DNA of 63,994 nt, counting the filler, from Basidiobolus ranarum (taxonomy: Eukaryota): NCBI GenBank assembly GCA_040143965.1. It is 3 parts of 3 records of this genome, joined end to end, with 100 filler letters (N's around TTAATTAATTAA, not from the genome) between each part and the next. Parts side by side here need not be neighbours in the genome. Positions count along the whole stretch, not along the records: positions 22,549 to 44,983 come from JASJQH010007062.1; positions 45,084 to 63,994 come from JASJQH010007140.1; 1 more part is not named here. The stretch is one strand, 5' to 3'. Position 1 is the stretch's first letter; every line of letters begins with the position of its first letter. Positions 39,990-55,487 of this stretch are shown here, one piece after another. Below the pieces are notes generated by a model, which saw only the letters and a program-made list of their open reading frames with translations, was not told the origin of the DNA and did no database searches. The position numbers were made by a program, and so were the translations under genes.

Positions 39990-40441
39990 AGGGTATCTTG
40001 TAGAAGGCTGGTCGAAGGAAAGAGTTCGAGTATATCAAGATAATGCGCTAAATCTATCATGATTTCATTGTTACCAATTTAATTATTTCAACTATTCTCC
40101 TAAACAAGAGAATAGTAACAAATTAGGCAAACCAATCACACACTAGTCCTGAGCATGTTGAATATATGCTCTGCAGATCGTGGCGAAGTATCTGACATGT
40201 TCACGTGATATCAGCATACACATCACATGATATCAACACAAAAGGCTAAGAATAACTTTGATCGCAGAACAATTTTTTGCAGCAAAAGAAATAGGGCTCG
40301 GGAACAGTCTTTGGATGAAGTGATTACCATATTTGGAATGAAAGTAGATGGTTGAGATTGTTCATAAAATTAGTTAGGTAAACTTGAGTTCTCCCCCTTT
40401 ACTTATTGCCGCTCAGTTTACCGAGTACGGTCTAATTTCAA

Positions 40442-40722
40442 ATGGTACGTGTATCCAACATTACATCCATCCATCACGGAACCGTGTTGTAGAAATTTCT
40501 GTAAGCTAACTCAGAATATAGGAAAAACAAGCTCCCGTCAAGCACGCTAAAGTTATTAAGGTCCTCGGCCGTACCGGTTCCCGTGGTGGTGTCACCCAAG
40601 TCCGTGTCGAATTCATGGATGATACCTCTCGCTCTATCATCCGTAATGTCAAGGGACCTGTTCGTGAGAACGATATCTTGGTACTTATGGAATCTGAACG
40701 TGAGGCCAGACGTCTTCGTTAA
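40442..40722 (+). CDS. RPS28: 40S ribosomal protein S28 (eS28); first coding exon is ATG only
   Basis: ATG|GTACGT intron 40445-40521, then [31 protein letters not shown]...EREARRLR*. Confidence 0.97.
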
Positions 40723-41454
40723 GCTCACGCACCCGATTATCGTGGAATCTTTTGGAAATAAAACACATTCCTAACTTACTATTTGCTTGCCACACAATCT
40801 TTTCTCCATATCAACTTACTTTAGTAAGGTGAATAGCACCCCTTTACCTCGCCTTTGGCAATGAGATGATTCGTTGTAATTAAAGAGCTACTTTGACGCT
40901 ATGTCGTTACATATATAAAGACATGGCATAACCACTTAATAAATGCTGTAATAAGAGTATTCGTGTGCGCGTGGTGGTGTCGATCACCTTGGGAAAAGAA
41001 CTGCATGTCGTATTTCTTATCCTTGGTTGGTTGGTAACTTCATATAATGTGGAGAAATGAACAAATCATCATCAGTTTGCTCTCGACCATCAATAACAAT
41101 TTCGAATATAGAATGGAAACCCATTTAAAATTGTATGAAATCGCAAATATTCTATGGATCTACGCCGAGCAAATAGAAAATGATCCCATTTTCTGTCAGG
41201 TATATTCTATACTTCCTCAAGTCAATTCGAACTGATGGGAAAGTGTTCCAATCAGCGTGATTTCTTTGACTTTTCACTATACCACTTGTCCACCTTCATA
41301 CCTACTCTTTATTCGAATACTTGTTTATACTTTTGAAAGACTCACCTAAGAAACCGCTCGTATTTAAACCACTCTATATAGGATACCCAGAGCCCAATAC
41401 ATCCTGCCATCGTGATAAAAGTGTTTCTTCGTTAGTTGTATTAGGCTTGATATA

Positions 41455-43990
<2,536 letters not shown>

Positions 43991-44580
43991 GAGTCTTTTG
44001 ACCATCTCGTTGCCGACATTAAATACTAACAAGCAAGAAAAAGATCCATTCGACAACTAATATAGACTTATGAAACCAGATGTAGCTGATAATACCACCT
44101 ATCTCTCTATCCACTCAATCACGAGGACGCCCACGCGCACAAGCACAATCGCTTTGATACCCAACTCTATAGTGACTTCACATTTCTCGTCAATTTGAAT
44201 TCTTTTTTTTGTAGTGTTACCTCTGTCTCTCTTTCATCACTGACTCACTCTCTATTTTTGCCAAACCTTGTATACATAATATTTACCCCCCCCCAATCTA
44301 TCTCGTGTGTCAAGTCCACATCGGTGTATTTCTTTCACATCTGATTCTTGTTCTTTTTTAACACTTTGCCATGGATCATTAGAGATATGACCACTAAGAT
44401 ATCAATAAAGTATAATCAATATAAAGATTCGGGATATTTTGAGAGTAACTCTCTCATAACAACCCTGACCAGTAATATAACACCCACAACTCAATGTATA
44501 CATAGTGTATACACCCAGCATTTAAGTATGTAAGTTGATTCTATATATAAAAATCACCCTTTTATAACAGATGCTTAAAC

Positions 44581-44983
44581 TGTTGAAGTATTTTGGGAGT
44601 TTGTTGAAAGTGGTTTGGAGAACTAGAAGAATTGTTGGTTTTCACTTATTGTTCATTGAGTAGAAAGTTGACATTTATAGTTTTGTAAAGAGGTAAACAA
44701 AAAATGTATAGAATGTGTTAAGAAAGATCCCAGGAACATGTGTGCTAAGTTTGGAGTCTCTAGCACAAGTTTGAAAAATCTATATATTTGAGAACTTCCA
44801 AGTTGGTGTCAATATTCTAAGTAAATTCCTCTTGAGGTGATATCTTAGTTCAGTAAGAAATAACCAAATACTTGTTGAAATTAGCATTGCCTAAACACCT
44901 ATATAGTCATATATAGCTTAGTACTTAGTTATCTCATAATTCACTAAGATATTATCAATTATTCTGAATCAGAATTTACTTTA
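44581..44983. mobile_element. Two copia-family LTR pieces in opposite orientation (44581-44872 minus; 44873 to gap plus)
   Basis: TGTTGAAGTATT... matches 22261 onward; TGTTGAAATTAGCATTGCC at 44873 is the LTR 5' end. Confidence 0.85.
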
Positions 44984-45083
44984 NNNNNNNNNNNNNNNNN
45001 NNNNNNNNNNNNNNNNNNNNNNNNNNNTTAATTAATTAANNNNNNNNNNNNNNNNNNNNNNNNNNNNNNNNNNNNNNNNNNNN
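44984..45083. other. Assembly gap with TTAATTAATTAA linker
   Basis: N-runs flanking the linker. Confidence 0.95.
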
Positions 45084-45539
45084 TACTTTATATGGAAGTC
45101 ATATTCTTTGGAACATTTCATGAAATCTAACCAATCATGTCAAGCCCCACATAGTGTATTTCTACCCAGACCTTCTATGGAAGGTCACCTGATCATCCTT
45201 ACATCATCCCTACATCATCCCTACATCATCCCTCTTTGTGTTGGTCCTTGTAGTCCCCAACACCCCAACACTTGAACTTGCCACAGTATATTCCCTATTC
45301 CACTTATTATGTTTCACCATGCAATATCTATATAAGCCCCATGTATTCCTTGATCAGACTGAGGGCTGATCAATGCCAGTTATCAATAAAGATTCTTGCC
45401 AAAGTATCTTCCCTGTCCAGTCTTGTCTTGTCTTGTCTTGTCTTGTCTTGTCTTGTCTTGTGGTCTACACCCAAGTACTCTCCTGCTTTATAGCCTCTTG
45501 TTGTTGTTTCAAGTCCTTGTGCAGTTCCTTATTGTGACA
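45084..45539 (+). mobile_element. Probable LTR of a second family, containing (CTTGT)8 and ~3 ACATCATCCCT repeats
   Basis: TATATAA at ~45329, AATAAA at ~45385, terminus TGTGACA, no CpG. Confidence 0.5.
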
Positions 45540-45654
45540 AAAGAAGCAATATGGTTGAGAAAACTCTCAACAGATTGAGGCTATTCTCAAAATTTGGCAA
45601 TTACAATATGTATCCTGCAGAAACAGTTCTAAGATTCTGCACTTGACTATTTCT

Positions 45655-46059
45655 TGTTGAAATTGACTTTGCCTCAACACCTATATAGTCATATATTGCT
45701 TAATACTTAGTTATCTTATATTACACTAATGTATTATCCCTTTTTTTCAATTGGAACTTACTTAGAATATATTTGCCAACTTAGAAGCTCTCAGATATAT
45801 AGATTTTTTCAAACTTGTGCTGGAAGCCCAATACTTGAAACACATGTTCCTGGGACCTTTCTTATTCTCCAAAACACTTTTAACTGGCTCCCAAATACTT
45901 TAATACCATGGACCTTCCTAAACACATTCTACTTGTTAGTTTGTTTATATTTGTACAATATATTAATGTCTACTGGATACTCAATAAATCAACAAGTGAA
46001 AATCACAAACTTTTCTATTTCTCCAAACCACATCCAACAGGCTCCAAAATATTATAACA
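45655..46059 (+). mobile_element. Solo LTR with 5-bp target-site duplication TTTCT
   Basis: TGTTG...AACA, flanked by TTTCT at 45650-45654 and 46060-46064; carries an internal ~45-bp extra copy of its own 3' end. Confidence 0.88.
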
Positions 46060-46064
46060 TTTCT

Positions 46065-48800
46065 TTGGTTTGGTAAAGTTTAACACTTCTTATCTACAAA
46101 TCTCTTGAATATAACAAAATGCAAAAACCTGAAGTATTGGAGATATATATATTGAGAAGAATCTTGAAAAGATTTCTGCCTGATAACTACTGGCAACATA
46201 GGGAGTGGTTTGTGGGTATTGTTAATATACTCTTATGAGTTCAACTTATGTTGGTACATCTTGGGCAGATTCAGCTACAGTGTAAGGATTTTGTAATTGG
46301 ATACAAAAAACCTTAATATGGGCTTAAAGAATATAGACTGAATACACAATGTCATTCAATACATTCCTTGCTGCATCTTTTGCAATGCTTAGATAATATA
46401 AGCCCTTGCTATATATTCCAGGAGTTCCCAATGGAGTGTATCTCAAGTGAAATGATGCTTCTTGTGAGATCACCAGTACTATAGTATGCTGATCTAATTG
46501 ACAATGTAACAGCAAAATCAGTGATGGATGTAATGTAATGGGTTCAGGGGGCTCCAGACTGTGTTTACCTTTTAACAAAGGGCTCTCTTCAATGTTCCCA
46601 TGGGTTTTTGCATTGTTTGACCACAATAACAGCAATAAAATTCCATCTATTGACACAGAGTAAGTCTCTTTATTAATCAAACTATGTTGTTCTTTTGATA
46701 ATTGGATAGCATTTCTAGGAAAGCTGCAGGACAGATTTCTTGTTGAGATAGAGCAATATATTCAATATTATTGTTTTGGCAATGGGGTAATCTGTTCAAG
46801 CAATAACACTACTGCCTGTGGCAGAACAACTGTTGATTGCAAGTTTGGGATATTTTGCCTGAGTGCTTTATGAAAATTTGCTAGCATCCAAGAGCTTATT
46901 CTCATTGTCAATGGTACCAAGAGTCAGCTATTTGCCAGGTGTCAGTGCTATTCTTAGTTTCAGATGTTTAGCAATTCTTCCACCATTAGTTTGCTAGCAA
47001 AGCATATTGATGTTGTTGAGTTATGTCTGATCAGTCATGTATATGCATATGAAGAGGCCAAACACAACAAGATTCTTATATTTTTTGATTCTCATTATGG
47101 CTGATATACAAAGCCTATAGCATCTACATAAAGGCATGCATATTAACTTGAATTCCTATAGCACTAAACCCAGTAATTTGCCATTTGAAAATTGGTTTTT
47201 TCCAAAAGTTGTAGGAAGTTGAATAATGCATGCCCAATATTGAGGATTGATATTTTGGCATGTGTGAATACCATCACAATACTATTAGGAAGCTGCTATT
47301 GTATCATCAAAATCACTGCAGAATACAAGCTAACAATATTGGGACAGTCCTCTGATGGTTTTGTGCTCCAGGAGGGTGCATCCAATCTGGATCAAATTGA
47401 TTTTATACTTGTTTGGGTTAGAAACACATTTTGAGAGGTTCAAATGAGGATATATATCAAGACATAATTACTCTACTACTGGTTTTCCCAGTAAGGACTA
47501 CCAAAAGACTTAATGGTTATTCTAATATTCATAGGTAGATTATAAACTGATGGCTAAATATTAACTCATATACAGTCTGATAGTAATATACATAAGTTCA
47601 AGCCTCACCCTATCCTCAATCTCCAACATATTAATGGCAATTCATTGTTGGATCTTAATCTTTATGCAACATCTTGGTTAACTTTATTTATGCTCTATAT
47701 ACAAGGAAAAGGAAAGCAATCTATATATACCCCTATATTCCTATTAGGAGTGCCTGTATATCTATACAATGAGTATGTCTTATTACCAACATTTATCTAT
47801 TATATCTGATTGCACAACCTCCTGAATATCTCAAACAATGTATTTACTTCTCTGCTATATAAATCATAATATTCTTGTCAGAATAAAGCTACTGGAACAG
47901 TATCATAAGTTACTTCTAATATATAAAATATACCCCCTTTATGTCCAGATCCTCCAATATTTAAGCTTAACTGATGAATTCCAGTCTATCCAAGAACCAA
48001 GAGATATAAGTTACAAGGGGGATAATAGAAGTATCTTTGAATTTGATTAAGATATGATTATGATCAGAAAAAGAGCCAATAACATCATTACTTGTTATGA
48101 GATACCAGCTTAAATGATCTAATTAGTAATATATTTAATGGAACTTATCTCCCTTGGTTTAAATTTCCTTATAATCTTACTAAGCACAACTCTTGGATAT
48201 AGTAACAGGTAAGATACTATTAGATATTTGTAATGGATATGAAGGAGATGTCAAAAAGTGGATAAAGTGTATATCATATAAGTTCTATGCCATAGACTCT
48301 AAATGCAACCTAAGAGACATTCAATATCATATACTCTGTTTAAGATGTTCAATCAAGACCATTCTCAACAATATAAATTATGACATCATCACCCCATTCT
48401 CTGTACCTTTGAACAATAACTTCCTCAATTATGGATGTAACAACTCATCCTCATTCTATTGAAACACCTCAAGCTGCGATATCTTCCAATGTTGAGAAGG
48501 CTCAAATTAAATCTCCCTACACAGTTACTGCTGAGAAAATTATTGAAGATAGAGTAGATGTTGAATATGTTCATGAGAGACAATGGGTATAAAGTAGATA
48601 AGGTTACTAATGCTATGAGATAGGTATTTCTGTCAAGTATACTATTGCTAAGATGCATTCTTACTATATGTATAGCAAACTGTAAACATAATACTGATAG
48701 TACATATTATGGAACAAACATAGTCTAAAATATATATTACATATTTCAGGCAGTATACTAATTATATATCTTAAAATACACCACTTATAGAATATATTAT
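46065..48800. mobile_element. Highly degenerate repeat/transposon relic, family not determinable
   Basis: AT-rich, essentially CpG-free, no credible ORF, adjacent to LTRs. Confidence 0.5.
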
Positions 48801-49921
48801 TATAAGTAGTACACAGTTACGCTATCTGATGAACATACTTCATGTTAACTAGTTCGTAGGAATAACACTGAAAGTACTTATTCCAATACTTGAGTATTAG
48901 ATCTTTGCAGGCTCTTGATTCTGTCGAAGCTTTCTGTTTGTCTGGTTTGTAGTTATTGAGGAGGGACAAAAAGACTTCTTTAAAAAAGCCAACATTAATG
49001 AAGTCCTCTTATCTCGACCATTCTTGTGGCCAGCTCTCCATATGGTCGCGGAGGTAGATATGATCGAGGATACGATCGTGGAGGATGCAAGGGACGCTCT
49101 GTTATGAACATCTTGGCTGATGACAGATGCTTCTCATGGTTCATGGATAGCCTTACCTATAAGAGTGGGCTTGTGAGCGACTAGTTCCATAACATCAATA
49201 ACCTCTCTTTTTTATATAACTCTCTCCCCCTTTATTACACGTTTTCTGTATCTTCGTGACTTTCTTGTATCTTCTAGTAAGTAGTTTTGCAAATCCGAAA
49301 CTGGATTTTTTTTATTTCCTCATATCTTTAAACATTCATTTAATTGAATTCACCAAAGAGGTTCAGCCAGCATCTATAGTAGAAAATTAATAAATACTTC
49401 TGCAACCACCAAGAGGTCACTTTCCCACCATTGAGTATAGAGACGCGAATTTCCTAAAGATTACGCGAACAAGACCAACAGGGAATATTCATTATACGAC
49501 GTTTGTGAAGCAATATCTGAAAGTGTTGGTTTGACATTTCTGTGGATAGTTATGTCAGTGGACTGCACGTATTCCTAATTTACTTATGAGGCATATTTTA
49601 TCCAGGCAGTGTACATGCTGTTTGTGTCGTTGAGAGTGAAGTACACAACGTCTGTTCCTTAGAGTTCTCCCTTAATGAGAATATCTCTTTAGAAGCGAAA
49701 GCACAAATTTCGATGACAAACTTAAGTCTTATATAAATATACAAATATCTGATCATTTAACAATGGATTTAGAAGGGGGAAGAGATAAGATGGATGTGAG
49801 TATTTAAAAGAATTCTTATGTACATCCATAGCGGAGGGATTTAAAAGCAAGTTGGATTATGGGTAATACTTTAAAAGTGAATTTGTAAGGGTTATCTTAT
49901 ATCGAGTTGATCGGTGCCGAT

Positions 49922-51499
49922 TTAGACAGATTCACTTATACTTCCCACCCTGTTCATTTCGTAATTTTGTACATCCGAAATGGGTTCGTTAATTTTGGAA
50001 TGGGTTCGCCCGTATAACCCGTATATCACTAATCCTACCCCTATCCAAGCAAACAGCCGTGTAATCGTAGAGACGGTAGCTGCGCATATCAAAAGAACAG
50101 ACAGTATAACTCCAAGAACCGGTATCACATATGGTCCAAATGGAACTTTGAACCGACGAGGAAGATCAGGTCTCTTGATACGCAGGATAATCACACCAAT
50201 GTTCACCAATACGAAAGCAAATAGAGTTCCCACTGAGCTCATCTCACCAAGTATATCTACTGGAAGGACCCCTCCTAATATGGCACACGAGGATCCGGAG
50301 ACAACCGTTGTTACCCAAGGCGTTCTAAATTTTTTATGAATTTTCGCTGCACATGATGGCAATAAGCCATCATGGGCCATAGAATAGAAAACCCGTGATT
50401 GTGCTAGTAAAAATACTAGCATAACAGAGGTGAGACCAATCAGAGCACCAAACTCTACAATGATTGTCAACCAGCTCATTCCCGTATATTCAATTACTAC
50501 CGAGATAGGCGAAGGAGAATTGAGCTCCTTGTAAGGGACAACTCCGGTCATTATCATACACATGGCGATATACAACACCGTACAAATGATAAGAGAGGCG
50601 CATATCCCGATTGGGAGATCCCTTTCGGGATTCTTGGCTTCTTGCGCCACCGTCGTAACCGCATCAAACCCGATATATGAGAAAAATATTGTAGTAGCAG
50701 CGGTAAACATTCCAGAAGCACCGTACATGCTGAATGCCCCTTCGTTAGGTGGGAAGAATGGCGTGTAATTCTTTGGATCAACATGTCGTATGCAAGCCAA
50801 TATTAGCAGTACGATAACGAGCAACTTGGTGATAACAATCACGGTATTAACTCGAGCTGATTCACGCACTCCCGTATAAAGCAATATGCTAATAGTTAAA
50901 GTGATGAATATTGCTGGCACGTTTAGTACATTCCCAGACATACGAAAGGATTGGGTATCTGTGTCAAACACTATTGGGGCTGAGGTGTATCGTTCACTAA
51001 TTTGGATACCAAAAGTATTCTTCAAGAAAGATCGAAAGTAGCCGGACCAACCAACAGAGACCGTGGCTGCACCAACCAAGTACTCTAGGATTAGATCCCA
51101 TCCGATGATCCAACCAGCAAGCTCCCCCATTGTGGCATAGACATAAGTGTAAGTAGAGCCTGAGAGTGGAATCAAACTAGCCATCTCAGAAAACGAAAGG
51201 GCAGCGGTGCTAGCAGCAACGCCAGAGACTACGAAAGAGAGGACTACAGCTGGTCCTGCATTTTTGGCGGCAGCTATACCCGTTAAAACAAAAATACCAG
51301 CACCAATAATGCCACCAATTCCAATGGCTGCGAGATCAGCTGCATTCAGGGTCCTTTCCAGCATAGAGTTTTTGGCATCTGCTTGTAGACGATCGATGCT
51401 CTTGGTGGCAAACAGTCTCTTCCACCCTTTCGACGGCTTGCTAGAGCGACCATCTGCTTGGATATGAGTTACCTGTGCTTTAGAAACCTTTACCTCCAT
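49922..51499 (-). CDS. APC-superfamily amino acid permease (CAT/YfnA-like), intronless
   Basis: GIGGIIGAGIFV, GPAVVLSF, GSTYTY, GELAGWIIGWDLILEY, FFSYIGFDAV, EAKNP, RVFYSMAHDGLLP and ~12 TM segments. Confidence 0.93.
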   Translation of the reverse strand: MEVKVSKAQVTHIQADGRSSKPSKGWKRLFATKSIDRLQADAKNSMLERTLNAADLAAIGIGGIIGAGIFVLTGIAAAKNAGPAVVLSFVVSGVAASTAALSFSEMASLIPLSGSTYTYVYATMGELAGWIIGWDLILEYLVGAATVSVGWSGYFRSFLKNTFGIQISERYTSAPIVFDTDTQSFRMSGNVLNVPAIFITLTISILLYTGVRESARVNTVIVITKLLVIVLLILACIRHVDPKNYTPFFPPNEGAFSMYGASGMFTAATTIFFSYIGFDAVTTVAQEAKNPERDLPIGICASLIICTVLYIAMCMIMTGVVPYKELNSPSPISVVIEYTGMSWLTIIVEFGALIGLTSVMLVFLLAQSRVFYSMAHDGLLPSCAAKIHKKFRTPWVTTVVSGSSCAILGGVLPVDILGEMSSVGTLFAFVLVNIGVIILRIKRPDLPRRFKVPFGPYVIPVLGVILSVLLICAATVSTITRLFAWIGVGLVIYGLYGRTHSKINEPISDVQNYEMNRVGSISESV

Positions 51500-53424
51500 T
51501 AGATTTCCAACAAATATTTAATAGCGGGGTACAAATCGGTTGATGAAAACAAGATGCAACCCAAAAGTGAATCAGATTAACTACTGCGATAAACCCTTTT
51601 AAATATCCAACTCAATAATCGCAGTCCCAGCTGTCTAATACTCTTTCAGGGTCTATATCAACAATATCCTCGGTCTCAAAGCTGGGAATATCCAAAACTT
51701 CCCGCAAGTTGGTTTGAGTTTCACGTAGTTGAGACTTGGTGCAGCCATAATTTGGATCAGGTCTCTTGGTGAGAAACATGATTTACTAGATTGCTAATAA
51801 ATAACGATATGTAAATATCTGTTCATCTTGAGCAATGTTCAGCTATGAAAAATCACTTCACTCCCATTCTAAACCTGCCGATATAGTAGCAGTTGAAGAA
51901 CGAATCCGAGTCTGCCATTCACTTGGGTCATCTGATATATGTTGGTGAGACATACCTTATTTATCGCGCTATATCTGAATCTGTATTTACTGTGCAAGTG
52001 ACTCGCTTGTGACAATCAATATAGCAACAAACCAGGGACAACTTGACTTTAGAAATCGCTAATTAATTTCGAATCTTGGAGTGCCCCATTTCCAAGCTTA
52101 TCCGATCGGTCGAATTACATGGACTCATCGCTAATCTTGATGTGGATATTTTGGATGTCAGAGAGTACCAAGGTTTATTACTTGAAAAGACCAAATATAC
52201 GCAACTACCTTCTAAGGGAGCTTGACTCAACCCCGTCATGGTCTACAGCAAACTCATTGGAGTCGTAGCTGGTGTGCCAATCAGGGCAGTTTTACATCTA
52301 AGATACGGCATTCAACACTAGTGTCACATTTCTTGAACAATAAATACAGTTTCACAATCTCAAGTATGTTGGCTTCCATAATCAAAGTCTTTATATATAT
52401 ATACATATTGTGTGTGTGCAAGATGCAGCTTAGAGAAATTTGTATCCCCTCATATGAGCCAGCATGAGTGTTCAAAATGATAGCCGAGGCTAGGCCTGTC
52501 CAAATGCTCCATTTTTGTATTGGCAATGTTTGTTGTAACTTGATAAGATTCCGCAGCCCTACTATCAACATCTGGTTTTTACTCACTAGATCAAGTAGCA
52601 AGCTCACCTCATATGAATCATCATCCTTTCACTGTAAGAACGTTCTTAGGGTCACTTTAGTACTGTTTATTCCGTATAGTGGTATGCAAACAGATTACAA
52701 CCAAGCTCTGTACTGAGTGAAATAGCTATTACTTTCAATCTTGAGGCCATTTCCCGTGCCACATAGCCTATATCAGCATCTAAAGTGGTGTGGGGAATAA
52801 CGCTTGTTGCGACGAAGAAAAGGCACTGGTAGCTGTGCACCAATACTTTCTGAGCATACTCTCACCTACTAAGCTGGTTTTCGCCGGTTACGAAGTTGGC
52901 AAGAAATTGCAGTTTATTGATTCATCGCATCCCCAGGATCGTTTCCATTTCAACGAATACTACTTTGGTTACATTTACTGTCACTGGCACAACAATGATT
53001 GTCAAACCATCTGACGAACTTTTAAACTTTCAAGCAAACATTTGCACCAAAGCTTAATGGATTGATTAAATTTTGGTCGTAATGTGCTACATCAACTACG
53101 TCTTCCATTCCAATCTGTATTACCAGCAGTGTAGACCAATGCACGATCCAACCACAATGACTTACCGTTGGGATGGGCTAATGGGAGCACACTACATCAT
53201 CTGACGATAAAATCAACATACAAGTGATATTCACATATGCGTTACTTGCTATGCAGACAGGCAATTCGGCCATTACTCATACTGCAATTAATTGATTCTA
53301 TCGCAATGAAAGGAAACCAAATTAATGATTCTTGATGAAATTAAATGCAGAGTATGGAGAGTAAAATGTCCATTTATTTCGGTTATATTAGTTTGTGAAC
53401 ACAGAACTAATGATTGGATAATGC

Positions 53425-55487
53425 TTAGTGAAGAGAACCGTTTCTCTTGTTCAAGAACTCAATAAGGTCATACTTGGTGACTACACCCAAACACCATTTA
53501 GACTCTGTGTCAGTTACAAAAGCAACCGGATTATGCTCAAAGAAATCCCACAACTCAACAAGTGGGGTATCAAGGGTTATAGGAACATACTTCTTTTTGG
53601 TTGAGAACTTGTACATCCATTTCTCAACCGTATCCTTGAGGTCTACATCTCCTTGTAAACGAAGATTTCCTTTGCTAATAAATCCAACCATCTTCTTCTT
53701 GGAATTGATTACTGGTAGTTGATCAAAATCTCTTCCATCCATGATTGCAAGGGCTTCGCCGATACTGGCATCTGTTGAAATACTAGTAGGAATTGGCAAA
53801 TTTAACTCCGCAATAGCTGCACCCCTCCACTTTTGTGCTTTACGTCTAATTCTATCCGCTGATCCCTTGTCAAGAAGCTCGTTTTCGATTAACCAAGTTT
53901 CACTAGAAGTATTATAAAAGTTAGAGATTATGAATCACAATCAATTTCGACCAAGATCAAACTCACTTTAATAGGGTTGAATCATAATTTCTAGCAGAAT
54001 CATTGAGCAAAACCACGCATCTTTGGGTGCTCTCGAGGGTAGCAGCGGCGCGAAGGGCAGCTACTACAGCTGCACCAGAGCTACTTCCTGAAATGCTCAA
54101 AAGTTAATCATCATTATGGTAAGATATCGTGAGTTGGAAATTTATATTCTACCACAAAGTAATCCTTCTTCAGCTATGAGACGTCTAGCCATGCCAAAAG
54201 CTTCTTGATCGGAAACAATTACCCATTCGTCAACTAGAGATTTGTTCAAGAGTGAAGGAACAAAGTTGGACCCAAGACCCTGAGTCTGAAATGAAGGAAT
54301 CAATCAATACATTCCAGTAGAAAAGATTTCGTGAGTTTATATGGGGATTACCTTATAGTTGACCACTGCTAGAGTTTCATCTGTACTGGTAACAGCCGAT
54401 CCTTGCGCATCTACCCCGACAACCTGAATACTTTACAAGTTAGTTGACCAGTTACACATTGAAACTAAACACATGTACTGCCAATATAACCTTGACATGA
54501 GGAAGCTTGGTTTTCAGGCGATTAGCAATGCCTGTGATGGATCCTCCAGACTCAACTCCAATCACGACCAAGTCTAACTTCTCGCTACATTGTTGCAAAA
54601 TTTCATCCGCAGTTTCTTCATGAGCAGCCACACTATATTGATTGGAATACTTTGAAGTTGTCAGGATGTGTTTTGAGATCCTCGAGATGTTTCCATATAT
54701 ATGAGAAGATGGCTAACCTCGTCAATAATAAATGAATTGGAAGTATCGGCAGCAAGTTTCTTGGCCACCCCAATGTGAGATTCAGGTGAGTCGTGATGAG
54801 CATCAGCAGGAGTACGTAAAATCTCAGCGCCCAAAGATTTGAGCACTTGAATCTAAAATATAAATATCATAGCTGAGTACATAATTGAAAAATGAACGAA
54901 CAGGAAGCAGCGAAATATACTTTTTCAACGCTAGTTTTATCTGGAATAATAGCAACGATATGGTATCCTTTTCTAGCAGCGAATAAAGCTAAACTCACAC
55001 CTGAAAGAGGATTAATTCAAAACTCGAAGCAAGAACAGAATAGAAAGCTACCAACTTAAGTTTCCACTGGTAGGAATTATCAAAGTACTCTCCCTGGAAA
55101 TTTTTCCTTGACTCTCAAGATCTTCGAGAACTCGTTTGGCAACTCGGTCTTTGAGAGAACTAAAAACTTACGTTAACAAAATAGGAAGCATAGTATTGAA
55201 ACGTGAAGTGCAACTTACCCTCCGGGATTTAAAAATTCACACTTTCCCACTAAAACAACAAATTAGTAACTAACTCAAATATTTTTCAAACCGAAAGACT
55301 GATACTTTACATATCTCACACTTGACGGGGTTTTCGGAGTCAGTCTTTAAATGAAGTCTAACCAATGGAGTGCAGCCAACCTGGTCTATGTTAAAAGAGC
55401 TGTAAATTAATAATCTTGCAAGAACAATATAATTCTCAGAGGCCATTTACCTGAAATGTGATCGATAATAGGAGGAAGTCTTGACAT
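53425..55487 (-). CDS. Divergent cystathionine beta-synthase-like PLP enzyme with C-terminal CBS pair, ~11 exons
   Basis: VGCTPLVRL, GKCEFLNPGGSLKDR, PTSGN, LGAEILRTP, SPESHIGVAKKL, ARRLIAEEGLLCGSSSG, DSARNY, FDQLPV. Confidence 0.88.

Noticed and set aside
46324-48658. Weak reverse-transcriptase-like words (LYVD, RGLSQ, YPL) in the degenerate island
   Set aside because: Order and spacing are inconsistent, so no family can be assigned.
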